From the human T2T-CHM13v2.0 reference genome, Homo sapiens, in the NCBI RefSeq assembly GCF_009914755.1, contig NC_060933.1: 64,000 nucleotides of DNA; one strand, written 5' to 3'. Within the stretch, counting starts at the first letter, position 1, and each line of letters begins with the position of its first letter. Below the pieces are notes generated by a model. That model was not told the origin of the DNA and made no database searches. It saw only the letters and a list, made by a program, of their open reading frames with translations. Positions 12,919-25,298 of the stretch are shown piece by piece. The translations under genes and the position numbers were made by a program.

Positions 12919-15435
12919 CAAAATGTAAAATTGAGGTTGGAAATACAATAAACACACGTGTACTCTCTGCTGGAGTTACAGATATTAAAGAGAAATGATG
13001 TTTAACTTAGAAAGCTTACATACTAACAAGAAAGGCCGACATGCAATCAACAATATTTCTATGAAAATACTGACTGCACTGAATATACGAAATGCTTGGG
13101 AAATAACTGTTTTGGGGGGAGCCAGGAAAGTCATCTTAGAAGGAGTGAGGGAATATTCACGCTGGATCTTAAAAGATGGTAGTTATGAGGCAGAAAAGAT
13201 ATTTTTAAAATATATAATATTAAAGATAATCTGACATTTAAGTGAGCAAAATTTGAATTTTAGAGGACTATCTTCGTCTCTGTGCTTGGGTCGATCAACA
13301 TTTTCCAAGTATTGAACCAGAGATGAATTTAGACGGCACATGAGTGTTTTAACTTCGATAGAGACATACTTACTTTTGCAGGCTATCTTCCATTTACTGA
13401 AAGTTATTTTGGTGTTTCATTCATGACAGTGATACAAAGTTTCCTTTTTAAAATAAATACAGCTAATCCCATTACTACTGACCTTATGCAATAAGGGTCT
13501 ATGAGCACCCTGCTTTTCTATACCACTAGAGATCCAGCACAGGGTCTGGGATGGAAGGACCACTGAAGAATTACTAAAAGGTCTTAACACCAGGCAGAGA
13601 TGCCAAGGTTTTCGGGTTGAATTGGTTTAGATTAGGAAATGGGAATAAAATTCATCCCCTATGCTAATCCCAATTGACTGGAAGTGATTGATGAGGCATT
13701 GCATTGAGAAAGAATCTCAGGCTATCATTAAATGATTGATTAGCAATGTCTGTCATGAATACAGAAGTGGACAGTGGCAGTATGGCCAAACATAATTTCC
13801 ACTGATTATTCATTTATTCATTCAACAAATATTTATTGAGTATCTACTATATGATGGACACATCTGTAGGCACATGGGATTTTGCAGCAAACCAGACTGG
13901 ATGATTTCTCCTCTCTCTTGGAGTAGCCTATGCAGCTCAATCTTCCCCTGCTTTCCTGAAAGAGACTTGGCTCTTACAATATTAATCTTCCCTGAGGTCA
14001 AAAAAGGACTGCCATTTATTTAAGGTCACACAACAAATCAATGGCAGAAACAGGACTAGACTCCAGGCACTACCTCCAAATTCAACACAGTTGTGTACTT
14101 ACCAGACTTGAAAAACCTGTTTGGTTTTCCTAGCTCTGTAGCTGCCCTTTCTCAGCCATCAGTCTTTCCACCTGCTGTCCTTTTGTGGGGAGGACAGAAC
14201 GTCTGTTCCCTCCTGGAAGCAGGGAGGCAAGTGAGTGGGGGCGATTCCCTAGAGGCTTCTGTGGTTTGGAGAGATGGATTAAAGAGGTCAGGACAATAAA
14301 AGAGAGAGAGAAAAGAGGGGAGGGAGGGACAGTAGGAACCCTGCCATTGGCAGACCAGTAATTGGTTACTTTGGGCAGTCCCCCTCCCTGGGGAAGGCTA
14401 GAGAGAAAGTAATTGAAGAAGATTCCCTGATAAATTAGTGCAAGACTGGGCTTGAAAACTCTAGTCGCACCTGGGTTCAGAGCTGAGTGTTTGATCTTCA
14501 GAGGCCCCAGAAAGGATAGAGAAGGAAAGGAGAAAGCTTTAACTGTAACTCCAGCCTCAGAAGTTCCCAGAGGGAACCCTTCTCTCCCTCCTGGGCTCCT
14601 AGGATCACTTAGTTTAATCTCATCACATTAGAGATGAGGGAAAGCCTGAAAAGAGGAAGAGACTTGACCACAGACACCCAGCAGAACTGGGACCAAAACC
14701 CACGATTCCTAGTTCTAGTCCTCTCCACCATATTACACTGCCTCTGGGTTCCATGAGATCTTTAACCACATGACTTGCTTCGAGTGATCCTAAGCTCTCT
14801 CCAGCTGCAAAAGAGGTAGGGAGGGGGCTGGTATTAGGGATTAAGGTACAGGCTTATTTACTTTTGTTTATTTAACGAGCACATAGGTAGCATGTACTAA
14901 GTGCCGGGTACTGCTGAACATACTTTATAAACTTTAGCTCCTGGAATCCTCCTCCTAATAAAAAACAGAACAACCTGATGAGGTAGTGATCCATCAGAAG
15001 TGGTGTTCACAAACTATCACCCCGATTTCTGCCCATTTTGTCAGGAAATATCTACTCAGAACCTACTATGTGATGTTCCTCAGCTACGTAGCTGAGGGAG
15101 CAAAATGATGAACAAGACACACTCCCTGCCTCCAAATACCTGTCAGGTAAAGGCTTTTAAAAATAATTGAGATAGCTGAGAGTGTGGTGTATAAGGGTGC
15201 TACTTTGGTCCGGGAAGACTACTTGGAGGAGGTAATATTTGAGTTTTGTGAGCAAGGGAGGAAATGGTAGAAGGCAACTCAGAGAAAAAGGCAAATTATT
15301 TAGGATTTTGCAGACACTGAAAAAGAATGAGGATTTTATCCTAAAAACAATGAGAAACAATTGCAGGTCGTAAACAGGGGAGTGGCAAAATATAATTTAT
15401 TTTTTGGAAGACATCACTCTGGCTACTGTGTAGAG

Positions 15436-15775
15436 CAGAGGTTGGCAAACGTTTTCTGTAAAGGGCCAGTTAATAAATATTTTAAGCTTTGCAGGCTAGA
15501 CACTCTCTATTGCCACTGCTTGACTTTGTCATTATAGACCATAAGCAGCCACAGGCAACACATAAACAAAGGAGTGTGGCTGTGTTCCAGTACATTTTTA
15601 TTTATAGGTACTGACATCTGAATTTCATATGATTGTCACATGTCAACAAATATTATTCTTCTCTTGACTTTTTGTCAACTATTTTAAAAAAGTTAATAGT
15701 CTTATGAGCTGAACAAACAAACAAACAAACAAGCAATTGTTTAGATTTGGCCCATGGGCTATATATAGTATGGCA
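15436..15775. mobile_element. MER58 hAT-Charlie element inside L2
   Basis: cagaggttggcaaacgttttctgtaaagggccag...gtggctgtgttccag. Confidence 0.85.
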
Positions 15776-15820
15776 TAAAGAAAGGACAGAGAAGGGAGAG
15801 GCAGCAGGAAGACCGGTTAG

Positions 15821-16200
<380 letters not shown>

Positions 16201-16410
16201 TGAAAATCATTTAAGAAGCAAAACCATCAGGGTTAGCTGACTGAAAGGATGAGAGGCAAGGAAAACGATGAAGAATGACTGCTTAGCTTGAAAAACTAGG
16301 CTAATAGTTTGATTTCCTGAGATGGGAAGATGTGGGTAGAGCAGGTTTAGGGGGCAAATCACACATCAATAGTGTGATCCCAGACAAGAAGGAGAGAAAC
16401 ACAGGTTTCC

Positions 16411-16603
16411 TACGGGCTTCTGAATAAAATAAAGGACGCTCAGTTCACTTTGAATTTCAGATAGTCAGCGAGACATTTTTAGTATAAGTATGTCCAAAAT
16501 ACTGCATGGAACATACTTATACTAAACAAGTATTCATTATTTATCTGAAATTTAAATTTAAGTTGGCATCATGTATTTTTATTTGCTAAACAGAGCAACC
16601 CTA
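16411..16603. mobile_element. MER53 palindromic DNA element
   Basis: tgaatttcagata...tttagtataagtatgtcc / ggaacatacttatactaaa...tatctgaaatt...gcaacccta. Confidence 0.9.
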
Positions 16604-19079
16604 CAGGGAGTGGGGTGGGGTGGTGGTGGTGGTGTGATGGAGGGTATATAGGTCTCCAGGAAAAGAAAACCTAAGCCCAAGAGGAGAAAGAGAAGGCTCC
16701 TTAGAGATGACACCCCTTAGAGCAGATGCTAGAGCTAAGTCTAGGAGCTGGCCAGGTGAACGAGGAATACAAAAACAATCTAAACAGAGAGAAGAGAATA
16801 AGCATGTTACCCTCAGACATTTGCAAGTAATTAATGAGGCTAGAGCCTCGAGGGAGGAAAGGAACATTGGAGGATGAGGCTGAAGAGCTTCTAACAGGGC
16901 TTCACTTCACAGAGGTTTTCTAGGTAAAGGCCAGGGTGTCAATACACTTGCTGAAGTTCAGATTCCCAGGCCTCTCCCCAGGAGCCTCAGCAGGTCTGGC
17001 CTTGAGAGCCTGAGGTCTACCGTGATTCTGATGATCAGCTAACTTGAGGAAAGCCTGGGTTAAATAATCTGGGAACTCTTCCACCTACAAATCCTGGGAG
17101 CCAAACAAGTTGCTGCTGGCTGTAAAAGTCTTGAAAAGAGTAATTCAGATAATCAGAGGAAAGGAAGCATTGAATAAGTGTGCAGCCTCCCATGGGGACC
17201 CTCTAGAATGGAGCTCTGTCCATTTGGAGGACAATAGGGAATCCAGAATGTTTGTCAAAGGACCAGTCCTGCTCCTGAATAGTCACCCTGTCTGGCACCT
17301 GGCTCTAATTTGGTGCTATCTCCCAGCTCTGTGCAAGTAGACCAGACGTCTTCCTGTGCCTTCCCCCGATGCCCCACCCCCTTCCCTCCTCCGCCCTCAG
17401 CCACCACTGAAATGATTCCCCCAAATGCAGCTATTACTGTGACTGGAAATCTCTTTACTGCTGATTCTGCTAATGGAAATGTTCCTTCCCTTTTCGGCTG
17501 CTTGCAAAGCCACTCGTGACTTCCCTGGGTGCATGAGAGCAAGGCTTTGTCAGCCAGCCACCACCAGAAGGGAGAGGATTCTGCCCCGCCTGCTCCCACA
17601 ACACCCACCTGCCTTAGACTCAGTCTCTAAGAGCTCTTCTGTCCCAACTGTCCTCAAACAACCCCGGAATTCCCTGCTTCCCCCAGCTTCCCCCAGCTCC
17701 AAGAGAATGAGCAGACATCAATGGTCAATTTCATCCTTTTTTGCCTTGCTGGGGAGGAGGGGAGGTGGAGAGAGGAGGCATAAGAGGAGCATGAGGGAGT
17801 GGAAAGAGGGGGAGGGGAAAGGAAATTTACATTCATTATTGATTCATACCTCCACCTCCTTCCAAAAAAAGGATTCCAGGTGGCGAAGAGGCACAGAGCC
17901 CAAGCTGTGTGCCAGATGCTGCGCTAGGTGCTTTGCACACACTATCTCCATAAGGATCACACAGCTTAGTGTAAGTAAAAAGTTAGCACAGTGCCCAGTG
18001 CTGACTAAAATGTGGTTATGGAGGGCTCTCCAAAATTAAGTGACTATTATGTTTTCTTCATGTTATTGATGGGTAAGCAGAGGCTCAGAGAAGTGGCATA
18101 CATAAATCTAAAGCTAGGAATTAGCACATCTGGGATTTGATCCCAGGGCTTTTGGTCCTCAGACCTAGCAAAAGTCTCACTCTAGCACACTGCCACCATC
18201 AGAGGACCTGAGCTAGAGACTTGGTTGTGCTGTGGATTAGCTGCAGGACCTTGGAAAATGTATTTGTCTTCGCTACATAGATGAAGGAGTTAGGTTGGAT
18301 CTCAAAGGCATCATTTTACCTCATTCTAATAATCTAGAAGGATACACTATATATTTGGATTTATATAGCATTATAATATATTACGTATGTGTGTGTATGT
18401 ATGTATAATATAGATCCCACATTCAAGGAGGAAACACGAAAACTGCACAATGATGCTAAGGAGTACTGAGTGGAAAAATTTGACAAGGTTGAGCAGGAGT
18501 GAGAAGCAAGTTCACCTAGCCAGATAGCGGCTACATCTCAGACTCCAGACACCCTGATCATTTCCCAAAAAAGGACATAGAGCTTATACAAATTTCTCAG
18601 AGGACAAGATCACTGATCCCCTAGTAAACACTTGGCAGAGCATGAGGTGACAACTCTCTAAGAGTTGGGAGGAAGGAAGAAAAGGGGGAAAAAAAAGAAG
18701 GAAAGGGGATGGGGAAGAAAGGAGGGAAGGTGGAAAGAATAGAGGGAGGGAAGGAGAGAGGAAACCAAGAAGGCACAGAAACATAGGAGTTTGCTTGTCA
18801 AGTGGGTCCAGGAGTAACAAGAGGCATCTGGAGAGTATGAGACAAGGCCTAGATGCTGTCTTGGCAAAGCAGCAAGGAGCAAGCAAAGGGGCCTGGGGAG
18901 CTGCTAAGTCAGCTCCTGGCAGCACAGAACAAGGTGCTCAGTCCCTTGGGCCTGTGAGGCTGTCACACCTGAAGTTCCTATATAAGAAACGCCTGCAGCT
19001 TCTTGGTCATGAGAAGAGGATGACATAAGAAGTAAAAAAGTCTAGAGATGAAAAGTTGAGAGCATCTCTTGTTCTATGC

Positions 19080-19320
19080 AGCATGCAAGGCAGACAGAAC
19101 ATAGACTATGGAACCAGGCAGACCTGGATTTGGACTGAGCTTAGCTGTATAATAGCTGTGTGATCTTGGGTAGGTTCCTTCACTCCTCTGAGCCTCAGAA
19201 CTCACCCTATAACATGGGATGAGCTACATCTGTCCTTCAGCACTGTAGAAAGAATAGATAACAAATGTACCATCATGGCACCTGGGACATAGTACATGTT
19301 ACATAAAATGGTCACGGTTT
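19080..19320. mobile_element. MIR
   Basis: tagctgtgtgatcttgggtagg...ctctgagcctcag core. Confidence 0.75.
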
Positions 19321-20149
19321 TCATAGCCTATCCTATGTAGGATGATAAAGTCCAGTTACATTACAACTCTGGAATTCCAACTCCTCCTGTCCCCAGTTTC
19401 CCAGCTGCCCTTCCCTAAGATGGAAGGAAAACACATAGGGGTCAGTAGATCTGGGATCTGGCATCTGCTTTACCACAGGCTTGGTGACCTTGATTTCCCC
19501 ATCTTTATATAGAAGTGTTTCAGTTAGATAATGTCCTAAATTTTTCCATTTCTGATATTTGATAATCCTGGAACCATGGTGTATCATTTCCCTGAAACTT
19601 GTATTGTCTCTTCGTTTGCTACAATGCAAAGTTTCTAATCATTTACCTGGTTTCCAAGCTGCTCAAGACAGAGTCTTCTCCAAACACAATGATCTTTCCT
19701 CTAATCACATTGTTCTCATTAGCCATCCTGCAATCACCCCAAAATAATCAGGAGACAGGAGAAGGTAGCAGCAATGGCTATGGGTGCTTAGAAGAGGGAA
19801 GGCTCTGTGGGATGGATAGTGTTTAGGCTCACTCTTAACAGGGTAGTGCAAATTCAGCCCATCTCAAGTTTTGTCTACTGTGGATTCTGGGATGACACTT
19901 AGCAAACACAGAGTTCTAGTTCTCTAAGATCTCCTGTACACCTACAATGTGCCAAGTAAAGGGTGAGTCACCACAGCCCCAGAGATGAAGGAGGTACATT
20001 AGCTGCTCACAGGGTACATAGGCAAACAGCGTGAGACACATGAGGAAACACACAGCGTAAATTCTGGTCTCACTCTGCTCCAAGCCACCATTACTTTTCA
20101 TCAGTAGAGACTCCTTCAGGCTTTCCTGCACCCATCGTTGGTCCTGTAC

Positions 20150-20690
20150 AGAGCAGCGTAGGGAATTCTTTTGAAACATAAGTCAGACCTTGGCACTGTT
20201 TTGCTTAAAATTCTACAGAGCTCTTGATTTCACTCAGAGTCAAAGCCCAAATCCTGACAGTAGTCTGTACAGCCCTACATGACTGTTCTTTTCTTCTCTG
20301 ACGTCTTGTCCTGCCACCCCCCTCCTCCACCACCACTTGTTCACTGCATTCCAGCCACACCGACCTTCATGCTGTCCCTTGAAAGGTCCAGGTGTGCTCC
20401 TAAGCTAGATAATCAGCTAGGATTATCTAGCTAGGAGCTGTTCTCCGCCTGGAATGTGCTTTTCCTAGATGCTGCTTGGCTAACTCCTTCCCCTTCTTTT
20501 AGCCTTTGTTCCAATCTCACATTCTCAATAAGCTCTTCTCATTCTATCCTATTTAATATTAAAACCCGTCTCCTTATCTCAGAACTCTCGATTCTCTTTT
20601 CCCTTAGTTTTTTCCCTTTTCCATAGAATTTTTCATCTTCTCACATACTACATAACTTATTTACTTATTATGTCTGTTGTCATTGTCCCC

Positions 20691-20728
<38 letters not shown>

Positions 20729-21320
20729 CACAGAGGGATAAAAGCTCTCTGAATGCAGAGATCTTTGTCTTTTGTTCTCTGATGTATCCTAGGCACATAG
20801 AACAGTGACTCTCACATCACTGGTGCTCAGTGATTCAAAGGGCCTGGCTATGATTATAGCAGTCTTTATTGATAGTGGGCACCAAGGCTCAGAGTGTTCA
20901 ACTCTGGTGCAGAGGGGTCAGAAAAGGCTTCAAAAATAAGTTGACACCTGAATTCGGTCTTGAAAAGCAAGAAGGAATTTCCCCAGGGGATGGTGAGGTA
21001 GAGGTGCCAAATAAGAAGGAAGGGTTCTTAGTAAAGGACAATCTGGCAGAGTGTGATCAGGGACCTTGTACTACTACAATAGGGAGAGGGAAATTCAACA
21101 TCTTCAGAACAATGGGGAAGCAGTGAAGTGCTTTACAAGAGGATGGCCATTATCAGATTTGGGCTTTTAATAAAATCACTTTGTCTGCAAGTACGGAGGA
21201 TGGATTAGAGGGGATAAGACTAGAGGTAGACAGATCAGTGCGTTGACTGTTGTAATTGTAGTAGAGAGAAGTGTTGAGGCCTGACCTTGACAGTGACTGC
21301 AGTGCTGGGGATGAAGAAGT
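20150..21320. mobile_element. Two L2 fragments (plus ~20150-20830, minus ~20830-21320)
   Basis: cactgcattccagccacac, gcctggaatgtgct, agaacagtgac...gtgctcagt; then the reverse-oriented purine-rich copy. Confidence 0.75.
20693..20726. repeat. (AC)17 microsatellite
   Basis: Read directly. Confidence 0.97.
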
Positions 21321-23471
21321 AGTTTCCCTTCATAGTTTGTAACCTACAACATGCTTGTCAAATTTCAACTCACAGACTTGGATGCTTACATATTCCAGTA
21401 TGCTAGTAAGAAAGCTACACATATTTCAGTTTTGAATCTTGCATTGTGTAGTCATCACCCACTCCTTTTCCATTCAAAAGGGAGTTCTTTTGGGGGGCTA
21501 TTGTCCAAAAGAGCTATAGTCAGTAGAGAAAAGCCAGTGAAAGGAGAGAACAAGTGCTAGAAAATAGAACAACTCTCATTGAGCATTGCTGCCTGCCTCT
21601 TTCTGGGGGCAGAGAGGCTGTCTGCTCCATTGCAAGGAAAGAAAAACCAGCTCTCTCTCTCACTCTATAGTTAATCTTTTGTTGCCACTAGCTGGTCAGT
21701 ATGAGAACGTGGGAGAGTATCAGCTCTGGAAAGGAAGCCTCCTCTAATGCTGCTCCACCCCAAGGTTAAACCCGACTCTTTTTTTCCTTTCCTGAAAAGA
21801 GCAGATTTCCTCCACCCACCCCCAAAGGCAGCTAGGGTGAGAGGCAGTGAGGCTTCCTTCTGCCCCAGAACAAAACCCATCAGCCCAGGTGCTTAGGATA
21901 GATTGGAGCCAATCAGTTGGATACTCAGGCAGGAAAACCAATTCAATTTCCCTAAGGAGATTTTTCCTTGTAGATTTTTTTTTTTTGGCAGGGGGAGAGG
22001 AAAGAGTGTCCCCCTTTATGATGCTGAACTAACTTGTAGAATCTGTGATATGTTTAAACCCAATGCCTTCTGTGAGAGGCCCAGCAATGTGATAGAAAGA
22101 GGCAGTGTGGGCTTCAAGACAATTGGGCTTAAATTTGGACTGTAGGGTAGGTTTCTTCCCTTATCTAGGCCTCAGTGTTACCATATAAAATAGAGGGGTT
22201 GAATTCAATGCCTTGTGAGTCTGTGATGCTGGGAGCCCATCAAAGTCGACGGTTGTGGTGACAGTTTTCCAGACTTCATTCAAGAGGTCGCTGTCAGTCT
22301 ATCCTCCTCTCCCCACATCACACATATTCACAATGGCCTATGGCAAACAAGGCTTAGTGTATAACAAAGCAAGGAGGTGAGAAGCAGGAGGCCTTGCCAG
22401 CCAAAGGCCTAGTCAATCCTCCTGCTGCACCTGCTACAAATTAAAATCACAGAGTAATTTTGCAGACTGAGGTCCCAGTTCAGGAAAATGATCAAGCCAT
22501 GGGTCATGCCAAAGCTTGCAGATCTGCCTAGGTTGGTATCACTGACCCCCCAAGAAACAGCAAATCTGGTCCACCTTGACCAAATCTAAGCCTTGCTAAT
22601 GGTTGAAATGAGCTCTCCCCTCTCTCTGCCCTACACTGTCTCAATAACATAGTACTTTCTGAAGGAAGACAACGTATTTCACTCTGCCCTGAGCATTAAA
22701 TAAATTTCATCGGCTTTGAGATGGAAAGAAGTGGGGTAGGGTATGGAGTGAGGGAAGTGAGTGGAAAAGAGTAGAAGAATTAGATCAGAGGCCACTAAAC
22801 ACCACCTCCCCCAAGACCCTTGTTTATAATGTCCCAGAAACCTAGACCATCACACCAAGATGGGAACTTGAAGTTTGACTGCTAACCAAATATCTCAATT
22901 AGCAGTAAAGGACTTGGTGACCAAATGAAGAAATAACATACATTGTTTTAATCCTATCTTTCTCTCAAGAAATCAAATTTTCTTGCTTCTCCATCCCAGA
23001 ATCTTTCTCTCACACATAAGAAAAAAAAGTGGAATTGATGCTAATGAACATTCTGTGGTCAGAAACCCCTAGAGAAGACACAGCTCATGACTATTTATAA
23101 GGATTTTTTCCTCCCTCCAAAAAAATTACCATCTGCTTTGATTCAGCAAAAGGAGGTAAAAGCAAAATTGAGTAAGCACTCATTGTCCACCTTTAGAACC
23201 AAACCAGAAAGCAATAAGGGTATACAACGGTCTGCAAGGAAGTGGGTCCATTCTTCGAATGTCTGCCAAACGGAGGTCCAGTCTGTGCTTGAATACCTAC
23301 AAGGTGGATTGTATTACCGTTAGGGGTCAGCATACTGGGTTGTTGGACAGCTCCAGGGGACACAGCCTCCTGTAGGGCTCAGCTCTATCCTCTCAGATCT
23401 TTCAAGACATTCGTTAGAATCAGACACCCTCCCCTTCTCCAACAGAAAACATACTCTTAATTTGTGTAGAC

Positions 23472-23610
23472 TTTTCTTTAGGGACAGGGTCTCCCCCTGC
23501 CACACAGGCTGGAGTGCTGTGGTATGGGCACAGCTCACTGAAGCCTCAAACTCCTGGGCATAAGTGATCCTCCTGCTTCAGCCTCCCAAGTAGCCACCAC
23601 ACTCAGCTCA
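23472..23610 (-). mobile_element. AluJ/FRAM-like monomer fragment
   Basis: gacagggtctc...caggctggagtgc...gctcactgaagcctcaaactcctggg...cagcctcccaagtagc. Confidence 0.85.
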
Positions 23611-25273
23611 TTGTTGACATTTAAAGGAAGCTTCTCCAGCCCTCTGTGGCTAAACTCCCTTCTCCCAACCATTCTTCTGGCCAGGTTCCTGGCCCCTCAC
23701 TCCTTCAAGGAACATTTGCTGACCTGAACAAGTTGGCATTTCAAACCGTATCTTCCTCCTTCTTCCAGGCCATCAGCTTCTTGCATAAAGCATCCTTTGG
23801 GATGGTCCTTTGGGACCCCGCCAGCTCTACGCATGCAGGTGTACTTAACACAGACTAATGAATAGCTTTTCTTTCTTCACACTCCCTCCCCCAAATACAG
23901 ATCACACGCCTCTCCTGTCAGGTTGATATGGCAAAGCAAATTACTAAAAAATGTTGACAATGAGTGCTTATTCAATTTTATTGCTTTTTCCTGCTTTTGC
24001 TGAATCAAAGCAGGTAGTAAACAGTCTTGCCTGACCACTATCAAGCACAGCAAGAAGGATGACATTTCCCTACCTGTGGGCATGAAAGCTAAATCCACAA
24101 GCAGACCCCGGGGGCTGCCTGGAGGTAAGTGAGGACTGAATGACATACAGGTTCACCTTAGAAGCCCTGGGCTGGCAGTTGTTCCTGCTCAAATTCTTTC
24201 TTTTCTATCAGTCCTTCCCACCACCCTCATGTTACCAGTAAAGGAAAACAGACAGTACAAAGCAAGAGGAGCTATCAGAGTCATGGAGTAGGTCAGGGCA
24301 CTTCAAGTTCATAGAATCTTTACACGAAAGGATTATTTTAGAGCTCATCTACCCACTCATATTGCAGCAGAAAGAATTGAAGCTCTGGGGGATAAATGAC
24401 TTATTCAAGGTCACAGTGAGCCAAAGCTGAGATTTCCAGATCCTAACCAGCGTTAAATTTCTAAGCTGCATTTTAGCATTCCACTTTTCCTCATTTTGCC
24501 TATTAAATCCTCCAAGGCCTAGTTCAGGTTCTTTCTGGTCCAGAAAGTGCCCCCAGTCTTCTCCAATTCTACAGAGATGCCTTCCTTCCCTGATGCTACA
24601 GAATGTATCATCTCCATCACTCATTGGCACCAATAAATAAAATGCCCTTTGACATCCAAGAGTCATGAAACTTTGAGCTGGAAGGGTCATTGGATGTCAT
24701 TTAACTCATATTTCAGTTTCAAACTTACATAGGTCAGCTCACCAAGGTAGCTGAAGTTCCTTTGGAGAAAAGCTCTTGTCTAACAATCTTGATGATTGTT
24801 ATCCCTCTCTATTCAGCACCATAACCTGCATAAACTTCATATTTGGTTCAGAATACCAGTTTAGCAACCTACAAGAATGTAGGTGTCTGGCAGACCAGGA
24901 TTCCAGTTCCAGGTCTGCCATTGATTCCTGGCATGACTTTGGATTACGCGTTTGACCTCTCTAAAAATACTTCCTCATCTGGCAAATGGGAGTAACAGTA
25001 GAGCCCACTCCATATATGTTATGTAAATTAATAATACAAGGCAGGAAGAAAGCTCTTAGCATCACATTAAGGATTCAATAACTATTTGCTATTCTTTGAT
25101 CACTTTCAGGGAGATTCACTTTGTCAATGTCATTGACTTATAATCAGATTCTAAAGAAGAATCCCAGGCAAACAAACTTTGGAGATAGTTCACAACTGAA
25201 GGAAACTTCCATTTACTTAAGGCAGGCTGAAATTTGATAGGGAGACTAGAAATACAAAAAGGAAAGGATCTGC

Positions 25274-25298
25274 AAAAAAAAAAAAAAAAAAAAAAAAA
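25274..25298. repeat. A25 homopolymer
   Basis: Read directly; no adjacent Alu/L1 body. Confidence 0.95.

Noticed and set aside
17473-18039. 188-aa ORF
   Set aside because: Runs through purine-rich low complexity and MIR sequence; no homology recognised
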